Shown piece after piece: positions 48,105 to 58,642 of a stretch of DNA of 64,000 bases (within the stretch, counting starts at the first letter, position 1; every line of letters starts with the position of its first letter). The DNA comes from an uncultured Clostridium sp. (GTDB lineage Bacteria; Bacillota; Clostridia; TANB77; CAG-508): NCBI GenBank assembly GCA_947575605.1, contig CANPNZ010000004.1:21258-85257 (forward strand), written 5' to 3'. Position numbers and translations under genes: made by a program. A model generated the notes under the pieces. It did not search any database. It was given only the letters and a program-made list of their open reading frames with translations, and was not told the DNA's origin.

Positions 48105-49772
48105 ATGAAAATGACAGATATTGAAATAGCAAGAAGTACAAAACTAGACAAAATAGTAGACATAGCAAAAAAAGTAGGAATTGATGAGGAGGACGTAGAA
48201 CAATACGGAAAATACAAAGCCAAAATTTCTGAAAAAGTCTATGAAAACTTAAAAGATAAAAAGAATGGAAAATTAATCTTGGTAACAGCAGTAAATCCAA
48301 CACCATTAGGAGAAGGAAAAACGACCATATCCATAGCAGTAGCAGATGGACTAAGAACCATAGGGAAAAACTCAATCTTAGCCCTAAGAGAACCATCTTT
48401 AGGACCTGTATTTGGTATTAAAGGAGGAGCAACAGGAGGAGGAAAAGTACAAATAGCACCAATGGAAGATATCAACTTACACTTTACAGGAGATATTCAT
48501 GCGATTACAGCTGCCAATAACCTATTAGCCAGTCTAATTGATAATCATATTTACTTCGGAAACGAATTAGGTTTTGAAAAAATTGTATGGAAGAGATGTG
48601 TGGATTTAAATGATAGACAACTAAGAGAAGTAGAAACTGGATTATCAGGAGAAAAGAAAGTTGTTCCAAGACATGATAAATTTGATATAACCGTTGCTTC
48701 AGAAGTTATGGCAATTGTATGTTTAGCAACGGATATAAAGGACTTAAAAGAAAAATTAGGAAATATATTAATTGGCTATAACAAACAAGGAGAGCCAATT
48801 TATGCGAAACAATTAAAAGCCGAAGGAGCTATGACGGTTTTATTAAAAGACACCATCAAACCAAATTTAGTACAAACATTAGAACATACACCAGCCATTA
48901 TTCATGGAGGACCATTTGCCAATATTGCACATGGATGTAATAGTATCATGGCCACTAAATTAGCTTTAAAATTAGGTGATTATGTAATAACAGAAGCAGG
49001 ATTCGGAGCAGATTTAGGAGCTGAAAAATTCATTGACATTAAGTGTAGAAAAGCTGGTATCCAACCAGATGCGGTTGTATTAGTAGCAACCATCAAAGCC
49101 ATCAAATATCATGGTGGAGTAGAAAAAGACAAAATACAAGAAGAGAACATAGAAGGAATTGAAAGAGGAATTGACAATCTATACCGTCATATTGATAACT
49201 TAAAGAATAAATTTGGCTTAAATGTTGTAGTAGCATTAAATCGATATATACAAGATACAGAAAAAGAAATTAAATTCTTACAAGACAAATTAGCAGAAAA
49301 AGGAGTGGAATTAAGCTTAGTAGAAGGATGGGCCAAAGGAGGAGAAGGAGCAAGAGACATCGCAGAGAAATTAGTAAAATTAACAGAACAACCAGAAGAT
49401 TTCAAATATATGTATGAACTAGAGGATTCTATCCAAACAAAAATTGAGAAAATAGCTACTAAAATATATGGAGCAAAAGGAGTAGATTTTTCAGAAGAAG
49501 CATTAGCAGAAATCAAAAAGATAGAAGAATTAGGTTATGGAAATTTCCCAGTATGTATTGCTAAAACGCAATATTCTTTCTCAGATGATGCAAAAAATTT
49601 AGAATGTAAAGGAGATTACAATATTACCATTCGAGATATACAACTAAAAACAGGAGCAGGATTTGTAGTAGCGTTAGCAGGAAAAATTATGACTATGCCA
49701 GGACTTCCAAAAGTACCATCAGCAGAGAGCATTGATATTGATGAAAACGGAGAAATAGTAGGAATATTCTAA
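48105..49772 (+). CDS. fhs: formate--tetrahydrofolate ligase
   Basis: TPLGEGKTT, PSLGPVFGIKGGA.GGG, 555 aa full length. Confidence 0.95.
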   Translation: MKMTDIEIARSTKLDKIVDIAKKVGIDEEDVEQYGKYKAKISEKVYENLKDKKNGKLILVTAVNPTPLGEGKTTISIAVADGLRTIGKNSILALREPSLGPVFGIKGGATGGGKVQIAPMEDINLHFTGDIHAITAANNLLASLIDNHIYFGNELGFEKIVWKRCVDLNDRQLREVETGLSGEKKVVPRHDKFDITVASEVMAIVCLATDIKDLKEKLGNILIGYNKQGEPIYAKQLKAEGAMTVLLKDTIKPNLVQTLEHTPAIIHGGPFANIAHGCNSIMATKLALKLGDYVITEAGFGADLGAEKFIDIKCRKAGIQPDAVVLVATIKAIKYHGGVEKDKIQEENIEGIERGIDNLYRHIDNLKNKFGLNVVVALNRYIQDTEKEIKFLQDKLAEKGVELSLVEGWAKGGEGARDIAEKLVKLTEQPEDFKYMYELEDSIQTKIEKIATKIYGAKGVDFSEEALAEIKKIEELGYGNFPVCIAKTQYSFSDDAKNLECKGDYNITIRDIQLKTGAGFVVALAGKIMTMPGLPKVPSAESIDIDENGEIVGIF

Positions 49773-49783
49773 GTTGCCAAAGG

Positions 49784-49814
49784 GTTGCCAATGGGGACGG
49801 ACCTTTTTGGCAAC
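49784..49814. repeat. family-A hairpin directly after the fhs stop
   Basis: GTTGCCA-ATGGGGACGGACCTTTT-TGGCAAC, preceded by a partial GTTGCCAA at 49773. Confidence 0.8.
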
Positions 49815-49844
49815 TTTGACAAGTTTAAAATGGAGGAGCAAAAA

Positions 49845-50498
49845 ATGAAAGATAAATATAATATGACATTAGAACAGAATGTATTTTTGGCCAAAAGGAA
49901 TATTGTAGATTATATTTGGAAGAGTGCTCATTTAGAAGGAATTGACGTGACATTTCCAGAAACACAACAAATTTATGATGGTGGAAATATTGGTCGTTTA
50001 AGAGTAGATGAAATTGTAACAATCAATAATTTAAAACATGCTTGGCAATTCATACTAAGTACGATAGAGCAAAAAGCTGATTTCAATTATTTATGTAGCA
50101 TTAATGCTTTAGTAGGAAGTAACTTAGTTGAAAATGCAGGAAATTTAAGAAGTGGAGATGTTCGAATAGGTGGTACTAAATGGAAACCATTATTACCAAA
50201 CAAAAACGTATTTGAAGAGAATTTGAAGAAATTATGTGAAGTTGAAAATGGAACACAAAGAGCCATAGAGACGATGGCATATATTATGAAATCACAACTG
50301 TTTTGGGATGGAAACAAAAGAAGTGCTATGTTATTTGCTAATCAAATGATGATACAAAATGGATTAGGTATCATAACCATTCCAATTGAAAAAAGAGAAG
50401 AATTTGGAAAACAACTTATTAAGTATTATGAAACAGAAGAAATAAAAGACTTAGAAGAATTTGTTTACCATCATTGTATTGATGGTATTGAATTTTAA
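49845..50498 (+). CDS. Fic/DOC family protein with a degenerate active-site motif
   Basis: QLFWDGNKRSAM aligns to HxFx(D/E)GNGRxxR with His replaced by Gln and Gly by Lys. ATG at 49845 after GGAGGAG. Confidence 0.65.
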   Translation: MKDKYNMTLEQNVFLAKRNIVDYIWKSAHLEGIDVTFPETQQIYDGGNIGRLRVDEIVTINNLKHAWQFILSTIEQKADFNYLCSINALVGSNLVENAGNLRSGDVRIGGTKWKPLLPNKNVFEENLKKLCEVENGTQRAIETMAYIMKSQLFWDGNKRSAMLFANQMMIQNGLGIITIPIEKREEFGKQLIKYYETEEIKDLEEFVYHHCIDGIEF

Positions 50499-50550
50499 AT
50501 ACATATGAAATCAAGAATAATAAGATCTAAAAAAGACAAAGGAAGAAAAA

Positions 50551-51735
50551 ATGGGAGAAAAATTTGCAAAATTAAAAGAAGAAAATAAAATATTAGTCAT
50601 GCTAGCATTTTTTAGTATATCCATAGGACTGTGGACGAATTTTAAACAATTATGGTTACAAGACAATAACTTGGATGTAGCCAGAATAAGCCAGATTTTA
50701 AGCATATCTGGTTTATTTTGCGTGATAGCTCTTATTATATTTGCTAAAAAAGTATCACTAAAAAATATTAAAAAAGTGATTACAGTAGCTATATTTTTAA
50801 AGGCAGTCAACTTAGTGATACTAGCATTCCTAAATCATACAGGTTACAAAGCAATCATAGAAATATTAATTATTTTAGATGCCATTTTAGAAAATCTTAT
50901 TATTATTAGCATTTATCCATTGATTGTAACGATAAAAAAAGATAATCAATTATATAGTAAACGAAAATTAGTAGAATATCTATTCAGAGATATTGGAATT
51001 TTATTAGGTGGTGTATTCATAGGAAAAGCAATAGCAGGATTAACCATTAATTATAATACTTGTCTAGCTATTTCTATTGTATTTTTAGTATTAGCTTGTA
51101 TTACCATATCAAATATAAAGAGAACAGTAGTAGAAGAACAGCCAATGATGAAGATAAAAGAAAGTATTAAATATATGGTAAAAGATAAAATTCAGGGTGT
51201 CTATTTTATATATGTTTTAATTTCTGAGACAGCTATGAATACAGGACTAGGATTAAAAATGTTGATGCTTACCAATTTATTAGGATTTTCAGATGGAAAT
51301 GCAACGAATTATTTATTAATAGTAGGTCTAATGGCAGATGTAATTGGTATTTTAGCACTAAAATACTTTACTCCTAAAAATGATTATTTAACCTTAACTA
51401 TAAAATTTGGTATTAGATTTTGGTTGTATTTAATGGCGTTTTTGTCAAATGATTTAACAAGCTGTTTGATTGCTATGACTTGGTCTATTTTAATATCAAC
51501 AGCTTATGAAAATGTCACAGATGCTCCCTATGTAAATCGTGTACCCAATGAATATCAAATTATTTTTACAAATTATCGATATATTGCTAAAACAATAGGA
51601 ACTTCTATTGGATTATATTTTGCGGGTATCATGTATCCTCTAGGAATACCTTATATTCTTGGATTATCGGCATTTTTTATGTTGTTCCAAATAACATTTA
51701 CTTATTATTTAGTTTATCTAAGAAAAAAGACTTAA
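50551..51735 (+). CDS. MFS transporter
   Basis: 394 aa with about 12 TM helices in a 6+6 layout. Confidence 0.7.
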   Translation: MGEKFAKLKEENKILVMLAFFSISIGLWTNFKQLWLQDNNLDVARISQILSISGLFCVIALIIFAKKVSLKNIKKVITVAIFLKAVNLVILAFLNHTGYKAIIEILIILDAILENLIIISIYPLIVTIKKDNQLYSKRKLVEYLFRDIGILLGGVFIGKAIAGLTINYNTCLAISIVFLVLACITISNIKRTVVEEQPMMKIKESIKYMVKDKIQGVYFIYVLISETAMNTGLGLKMLMLTNLLGFSDGNATNYLLIVGLMADVIGILALKYFTPKNDYLTLTIKFGIRFWLYLMAFLSNDLTSCLIAMTWSILISTAYENVTDAPYVNRVPNEYQIIFTNYRYIAKTIGTSIGLYFAGIMYPLGIPYILGLSAFFMLFQITFTYYLVYLRKKT

Positions 51736-51895
51736 AGTTGCCATATAAAATGGCTTAATACCCGACACTTTTCTTACACCTATAAAATTAAAAAATGTCG
51801 GATATTAACACAAAATGGAAACTTATTCACAAGAACAATTGATAAAAAAGAAAACATATGATACATTTTAGGTAGAGAAAATAAAGGAGAAATAT

Positions 51896-53631
51896 ATGCA
51901 AAAGGTAATAAAGCAAGCCATAAAAAAATATAGAGGACTAATTTTAATAGTAGTCATATTTATTTGTATTAATATGTATATCATAACCCTACCTGCCAAA
52001 ATAATAGGAAATATAGTGGACCTGATGATGAATATGGAACAAAATCAGCAAGAAATTATAAGAAATATTTGCTATTTAGTAGTTGTTGCTATTAGCTATC
52101 TAATAACACGATTACCTTGGAGAGCCATTGCAACTTATACATCTAGGAGCTTTGAAAGAGAAATAAAAAACAAGATATTTTATCAATTTATCAGATTAGA
52201 AATGAAAGACTTGCAAAATATAAAAAATGGCGAGTTCATGGCTTATTTTACAAAAAATATTTCAGAAATTAGGAATTTCTTTTTTTGTATGATGTCTTAT
52301 GCTATACGAATTATTATACTTTCTATGATAGCAATTTCCACAATGATAACCAATGTCAACCTAAAATTAACACTAATAACGATATGTCCTATCATAATAA
52401 CAACTTTTATAGTAATACAAATAAAAAAACAGGTAGAGAAAAGTTTTAAAAAATCACAGCAATATTTTACAGAGCTATCTGAATATGTACAAGAAAGTAC
52501 AGATAGTGTTCGTACCATAAAAGCTTATGCTGGAGAATATCATCAATTAAAAGAATTTATGAATAAAAATAGTTTACTAAAAAGAAGTAATAATATAGTA
52601 GATATACATTCAACACTTTTATCAACTACTATTAATTTAGGATTTGGTATTTGCTATGCTCTTGCCTTGTTATTTGGAAGTAAATTAGTAGTAAACGGAG
52701 AAATTACAATAGGAGATTTTACAGCTTTTAATGGATACATCGGATTATTCTATGGACCAGTTTCTTGGTTACCAGGACTTATATCAAAATATAAAAGATC
52801 ATAAATTTCATATAAAAGAATCGATTCTATTTTTCAATTGGAAAGGGAAAAAATTAATCTAAAAAATATCGAAAATAAAGAAAATTTAGTAGGAGATATT
52901 GAAATTAAAAATTTAAGTTATAATTATCCAACTACAATAGAGGTAGCTTTAAAAAATATCAATTTGAAAATACCACAAGGAAGAACTTTAGGAATTATAG
53001 GAACCATTGGAAGTGGAAAGACAACACTGATGAGCTTATTGATGAAATTGTATACGATTCCAGATGGAAAAATAACCTTGGGGGAAAAGACATTAATGAT
53101 ATTCCAACCGAAGTAATCCGAAATAATATTTGTTATATTACACAAGAACATTTCCTATTTTCAACTACCTTAAAAGAAAATATTACATTATTTAAAGAAG
53201 GATATGAAGACGAAGAAATTATAGAAAGTACTACAAAATCTATGTTAAAAGAGGAAATGCAAGAGATGAAGAATGGGATTGATACCATAATTGGTGAAAG
53301 AGGAGTTGACTTATCAGGAGGACAAAAACAAAGAGTGATACTTTCTAGGGCTTTCTTACAAAGAAGTAATATTATTATTTTAGATGATGCTTTTTCAGCT
53401 TTAGATAATAAAACAGAGGAGAAAGTATTAGAAAATGTAAAAGAATTAACCAAAGACAAGACTTGTATTATTGTTTCAAACCGTATTTCTGATATTAAAG
53501 GGGCAGATGAAATTATTGTCTTAGAAGAAGGAGAAATCATACAAAGAGGAATCCATAAAGATTTAATTACAGAACAAGGGCTTTATCGCAAATTTTATGA
53601 AAAGCAATCTTCTCAAGAAGAAATAACATAA
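51896..53631 (+). pseudogene. ABC exporter (TMD-NBD fusion) inactivated by an in-frame TAA (52802) and a 1-nt loss in an A-run (~53086)
   Basis: The TMD ORF continues in the same frame past TAA (..KYKRS*ISYKRIDSIF..). Walker A GTIGSGKTT. After the shift DINDIP..ICYITQE, LSGGQKQR, IILDDAFS. Confidence 0.85.
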
Positions 53632-53670
53632 CCAATTCTTTTCCAACCAGATTTGTGCCTTGAGGAAGGA

Positions 53671-54926
53671 ATGAAATTAATGATGAAAAATAAAACTTTA
53701 AAAAGGACATATAATTTAGCAAAACCACATAAAAAAACCATTGCCATTGTATCCATATTATCTCTTTTAGTAGCTATCATAGAAATGGTAAGACCTTATC
53801 TAGTAGAAATTGTAATCGATCAATATTTAACTAAGGGAATGGTACAACAAGGATTTTTAACAATTACCATGATTGGTTTTATTTATCTTGCCCTAGTCAT
53901 TATTAGTAATGCTATTGATTTTATTGCCATTGCAACCACTAATATGATGGGAGAAGAAATCATATATTCTTTACGTAACCGATTATTTCGTTATACACAA
54001 AATGCTAATATTCCCTTTCATGAATTTATGTATTTACTACGTATATCAATAAATTATTTGAGCCAATTACAAGGATTGTAGAGAACATAGAAACAGTGCA
54101 AGAAGCATTTGTTTCTATTAATAAAGTATATGACATTTTAGATGAAACACAATATTTGGAGGATTTTGAAACAGGAAAAGAATTAAAGAAGCTAGCGGGA
54201 AAAATAGAATTTAAACATGTTTGGTTTGCGTATGAAGGAGAAAATTGGATTCTAAAAGATGTTAGTTTTACCATTGAACCAGGACAAAGCATCGCTTTCG
54301 TAGGAAAAACAGGTTCAGGAAAAACAACCATTACGAATTTAATCAATCGTTTTTATGACATTCAAAAAGGTGAGATTTTAATCGATGGTATGAATATTCG
54401 AGAAATCAATTTACGAAGTTTAAGAAGTCATATAGGAACAATTTTACAAGATCCATTCATTTTTGCTAAAAGTATCAAAGATAATATACGACTAAACAGA
54501 AACTTAGAAGAAGAAGAAGTAAAAAAAGCGATTGATTTAGCCTCTGCCAATGAATTTGTAGAAAATTTACCAAAAGGGATGGAAGAAGTATCAAAAGAAA
54601 GAGGAAGTTCCTATTCAGCAGGGCAAAAGCAACTGTTAGCTTTTGCTAGAGTATTTGCCCATGAACCAGATATTTTTATTTTAGATGAAGCAACCGCCAA
54701 TATAGATACCTATACAGAAAGTTTAATACAAAAATCAATTGAGAGAATATCATCCAATAAAACTTCTATTTTTATTGCCCATCGTTTATCAACCATTGTA
54801 AAAGTAGATAAAATTATTGTATTGTATAATGGGAAAATTATAGAACAAGGAAATCACAAAGAATTAGTACAAACAGGAGGCTATTATTCAAAGTTATATC
54901 ATTCTTATTATGAAAGTTTAGCATAG
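53671..54926 (+). pseudogene. ABC exporter partner with an internal deletion of most of the TMD plus a frame change
   Basis: Only about 135 aa of TMD before the frame ends at 54081. The NBD (GKTGSGKTT, YSAGQKQL, ILDEATAN, IAHRLST) resumes at about 54040 in another frame. About 150 aa are missing compared with its paralogs. Confidence 0.8.
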
Positions 54927-55067
54927 TTATTAGGAGACACTGTGCCATTGGGGACGGACCTTTTTGGCAACTATAATGTTTCGTGTTATTTAGATTGTAT
55001 GGTACATAAAAAATAAGTGAAAATTGCCAAAAAGGTCCGTCCCCAATGGCACAGTGTTCCCTAATAA
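54927..55067. mobile_element. MITE/REPIN-like 141-bp element built from two inverted family-A units
   Basis: 44-bp terminal inverted repeats (54927-54970 and 55024-55067, 42/44 matches) around a 53-bp AT-rich centre. Starts on the base after the TAG stop. Confidence 0.7.
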
Positions 55068-55088
55068 CTATGAGAGAAAGGAATACCA

Positions 55089-56828
55089 ATGAAAATGAAA
55101 GACATAAACCACAAAATATTTACAGATGAACTAAAAAGAACATTTCCAAGTTATTTTTTAGGAATGGTTTTTCATGCTATCTGTATTTATATATTATACA
55201 AAATACCAAGTATTCTGGGAAAAATCTTAGACTTATTATTAGAAGGAAACATACAAAAAGAAGTGATAATGGGTTATGTGTATAAGTTAATACTATATTC
55301 TGTTTTTATGATTATTCCCAGAATTATATATCGAGCTTTCTATTTTAGACGAGCAAGAATATCAGATACGTATTTAAGAAAAAAAGTAGTAGAACACTTA
55401 CAATATGTAAAACCAGAATACTATGATAAAGAAGAAAAAGGAGCCTACTTGGCATATTTATCAAATGAATTGTTGATGATTCGTAGATTTTTTGGCAATC
55501 AATTTTTTAACACCACAAGATTATTTATTGCTCCTATCATTGGAATTGTTATGATAGGAAAAAATGTTAATCCAATATTGGCATTAAGTGTCGTACCATG
55601 TATGCCACTTGCTGTAATTTGGATTGTTAAACTGTATCAAAAATTAGAAGAAGAAATTGAAAAAGCAAGAAAAGTAAATGTAGAACTATCCAATACGATT
55701 GAACAAAATACATCTGGGTTTTCCTTAATTAAATTATACAATGAACAACACCATCAAAAAGAGAAATTTGAAAAAATCAATTACCAACATTATTTAGCAG
55801 ATTATCGAATAGGCGTTGTAAAAAATAAAATTAGTAATGTTATCAATATTTTATATGCCACTTGTTATAGTTTAGGTTTTGTAATTGGTATTTATCTAAT
55901 ACAAAAAAATAGTATTACTGTTGGTGATTTGACAGTATATATTTCTTGTATTAGTGTAGCATTATCCGAGATAACCAATGCCATTGAACCATTATTAAAT
56001 GGCATAGCCTATTTTAAGCAATCAAAAAGAAGATATAACTATTTCTTCCATTTAGAAACTTACCGTCAAGAAGGAAAAGAATTAAAAGAAATTCAAAAAA
56101 TAGAAATCAATCATTTAACCTATCAATATGCCCAAAACATGAAACCAGCCCTTCAAGATATTACAATGCAAATAGTACAGGGTGAAAAAATAGGAATTGT
56201 GGGACAAGTAGGAGCAGGAAAAACAACTTTAATGAATATTTTAGCAGGATTTTATGAAGTACCTAAAAATACTGTAAAAATAAACGGAATCAATATACAA
56301 GAATATGATAGAGAAAGTATTTTTACTAAAATTGGATATGCCATGCAAAAAAGCATTATTTTAGATGAAAATATTAAAAATAATATTGATATGAAACAAG
56401 AAAAAAAGGAAGAAACCATTAAAACCGTGATGGCTAAATCACAATTATTAGAAGATGTTGAAAAAATGCAAGAAAAATTAGAAACCACTTTAGGAGAAAA
56501 TGGTGCTAAAATTTCAGGAGGGCAAAAGCAAAGAATTCAAATTGCACGAACCTTACTAGAAACAAGAGAAGTTAATATTTTTGATGATAGTCTTTCAGCA
56601 TTGGATAGTGAAACAGAGAAAAAAGTATTAGAAGCAATTGAACAAGAAGTTGGAAATCATACGTTAATTGTAGTTTCTAATAAAATCAGTATGATGCAAA
56701 ATATGGACTGTGTATATGTTTTAAATAAGGGACAGATACAAGCCAGTGGAAGTCATAAAGAATTATTACAAAATAACGAATTATATCAAGAGTTAAGTCA
56801 ATTAGAAAAGGAGGGTGAATTACAATAA
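55089..56828 (+). CDS. ABC exporter, fused permease/ATPase (pair 2, subunit A)
   Basis: 6-TM domain, Walker A GQVGAGKTT, ISGGQKQR, IFDDSLS. Confidence 0.9.
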   Translation: MKMKDINHKIFTDELKRTFPSYFLGMVFHAICIYILYKIPSILGKILDLLLEGNIQKEVIMGYVYKLILYSVFMIIPRIIYRAFYFRRARISDTYLRKKVVEHLQYVKPEYYDKEEKGAYLAYLSNELLMIRRFFGNQFFNTTRLFIAPIIGIVMIGKNVNPILALSVVPCMPLAVIWIVKLYQKLEEEIEKARKVNVELSNTIEQNTSGFSLIKLYNEQHHQKEKFEKINYQHYLADYRIGVVKNKISNVINILYATCYSLGFVIGIYLIQKNSITVGDLTVYISCISVALSEITNAIEPLLNGIAYFKQSKRRYNYFFHLETYRQEGKELKEIQKIEINHLTYQYAQNMKPALQDITMQIVQGEKIGIVGQVGAGKTTLMNILAGFYEVPKNTVKINGINIQEYDRESIFTKIGYAMQKSIILDENIKNNIDMKQEKKEETIKTVMAKSQLLEDVEKMQEKLETTLGENGAKISGGQKQRIQIARTLLETREVNIFDDSLSALDSETEKKVLEAIEQEVGNHTLIVVSNKISMMQNMDCVYVLNKGQIQASGSHKELLQNNELYQELSQLEKEGELQ

Positions 56829-56896
56829 AAGATGTAATAAAAAAATATGGGAAATCGTACCTTGGGATTAGTACGATATTAATTTTATGTAATATT

Positions 56897-58453
56897 TTGG
56901 GAACCATTCATCCTTTTGTTATGAAAAAGATTTTAGATGTCGATTTTGAAGATACTCATGTTCAAATCATATTAGTAACATTAGCTATGGTATATGTAGC
57001 CATCCATATTGGTTATGCCATTTTTAAAAATATAAGAAATATCCTAGTTAATCGATTAATGGCAAAAATATTAAAAGATATTCGAGAAAAATTATTTGAC
57101 AAGGTATTAAACTTTAAAATGAAAACGTTTGAAAAATATAACTCAGCTCATTTATATACTAGACTTACCGATGATGTATCTCAACTATCTACTCTATTTT
57201 TTGGGGTTTTGAATGTAGTAATCAATAATATAATCTATTTAATTTTTCTTGTGATTATGATGTTTTTTGCCGATATTTCATTAGCATGGATAGGATTTGC
57301 TACGATTTGTGCCATTGGCTTATCAACGAATCAATTTACAAAAGCATTAGGAAGTTTTAACCAAAAAATTATGAAGAAGAGAGATCAAGAAAACAAACAA
57401 TTTTCAGAGTTTTTTAATCGAAATAAATTGACTTATTTGTATCAATTACAAGAGAGAAATATAAAAGAAGTAAATCAGCTATTTCATCAGGAATTAAAAG
57501 CTAGAAAAGGATATATACTTCTTCATAGTTTTACCTATTGGATTTTGACGTTACTAGAAGCAGTTGGAATTTATGCCGTTCTTTATTATGCTTTGAACAT
57601 TCATACATCTATATCGATTGGTAATATTTACTTGATTTTATTTTATATCAAAGAAAGTAGAGGACCTTTAAATGAAATTTGTAATCAACTAGAGGAAATT
57701 CAAAATTGTATGGTATCATATCGAAGAATTCAAGAAGTATTACAAGAAAAAGACCCTGAAGAATTGACAATTGGAGAAGAAATCGATATAGTAAAAGGGG
57801 ACATTGAATTTCAAAATGTCAATATGAAATATGAGAAAGAAACAATATTAGAAAATGTATCTTTTATTATAAAAGAGGGAGCAAAAGTAACGATTGCAGG
57901 AAGAACAGGAGCTGGAAAAACTACATTAGTAAATGTATTGATGCGATTATATGAAATACAAAGTGGAAAAATATTGATTGGAAATAAAGACATTTCTAAA
58001 ATATCTACTAAAAGTCTGCGAAGCAATATTTCTTACATTTCTCAAAATCCATATATTTTTGCAGATACCGTAAGAAATAATATTCGATTGGGAAAGGAAG
58101 ATATCACAGATGAACAAATCATAGACCTTGCTAAAAGCATGGGAGCAGAACCATTATTTCAAAAGTTACCAGAAGGTTTGGATACCAAAATAAAAGCGAA
58201 TGAAATGTCATATGGAGAGTTGCAGATTCTTGCCTTTATTCGTGCCATCTTACATCATGCTAATATTTATATTTTTGATGAGCCAACGTCTAATATTGAT
58301 TTGAAGACAGAAAATATGATACAAAAAATTATTGACCATATTTCTAAGACGAGCACGGTAATTATTATTGCCCATCGAAAGTCTACGATTGCTAGTTCTG
58401 ATAAAATTATTTATTTGAAGGATGGACAGGTAGATATGATTGTTAATCGATAA
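56897..58453 (+). CDS. ABC exporter, fused permease/ATPase (pair 2, subunit B); the true N-terminus probably lies upstream at ~56825
   Basis: GRTGAGKTT, MSYGELQ, IFDEPTSN, IAHRKST. The frame is open back to 56819 but has no canonical start there. Confidence 0.8.
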   Translation: MGTIHPFVMKKILDVDFEDTHVQIILVTLAMVYVAIHIGYAIFKNIRNILVNRLMAKILKDIREKLFDKVLNFKMKTFEKYNSAHLYTRLTDDVSQLSTLFFGVLNVVINNIIYLIFLVIMMFFADISLAWIGFATICAIGLSTNQFTKALGSFNQKIMKKRDQENKQFSEFFNRNKLTYLYQLQERNIKEVNQLFHQELKARKGYILLHSFTYWILTLLEAVGIYAVLYYALNIHTSISIGNIYLILFYIKESRGPLNEICNQLEEIQNCMVSYRRIQEVLQEKDPEELTIGEEIDIVKGDIEFQNVNMKYEKETILENVSFIIKEGAKVTIAGRTGAGKTTLVNVLMRLYEIQSGKILIGNKDISKISTKSLRSNISYISQNPYIFADTVRNNIRLGKEDITDEQIIDLAKSMGAEPLFQKLPEGLDTKIKANEMSYGELQILAFIRAILHHANIYIFDEPTSNIDLKTENMIQKIIDHISKTSTVIIIAHRKSTIASSDKIIYLKDGQVDMIVNR

Positions 58454-58484
58454 ATTATTTGTTTCTACATTCTAAAACTTTTTT

Positions 58485-58582
58485 AACACTTTGTGTGTCG
58501 CAACCTACAATTTTAAGTTTTATTTGTTGGTTGCTCCAATCGCACTCGCCTAAGGCTCGTTTGGTCGCTTATGCAGTGTTAC
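58485..58582 (+). repeat. family-B element copy 3 (core only, no long flanking palindrome)
   Basis: AACACTTTGTGTGTCGCAAC...GGTTGCTCCAATCGCACTCGC...GCTCGTTTGGTCGCTTAT... Confidence 0.8.
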
Positions 58583-58642
58583 AAAAATAATACAAATTGT
58601 TTTGATTGAGAATAATAGTAAATTAATAGAAAGGAAAATAAC

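Noticed and set aside
47944-48396. 150-aa minus-strand ORF spanning family-B copy 2 and the fhs start
   Set aside because: It is Leu-rich low-complexity sequence, antisense to fhs. The part that reads through the repeat is not conserved in the other two copies, where stops appear in that frame.
53133-53540. 135-aa minus-strand ORF over the ABC nucleotide-binding domain
   Set aside because: It is antisense to recognisable Walker and signature motifs on the + strand.
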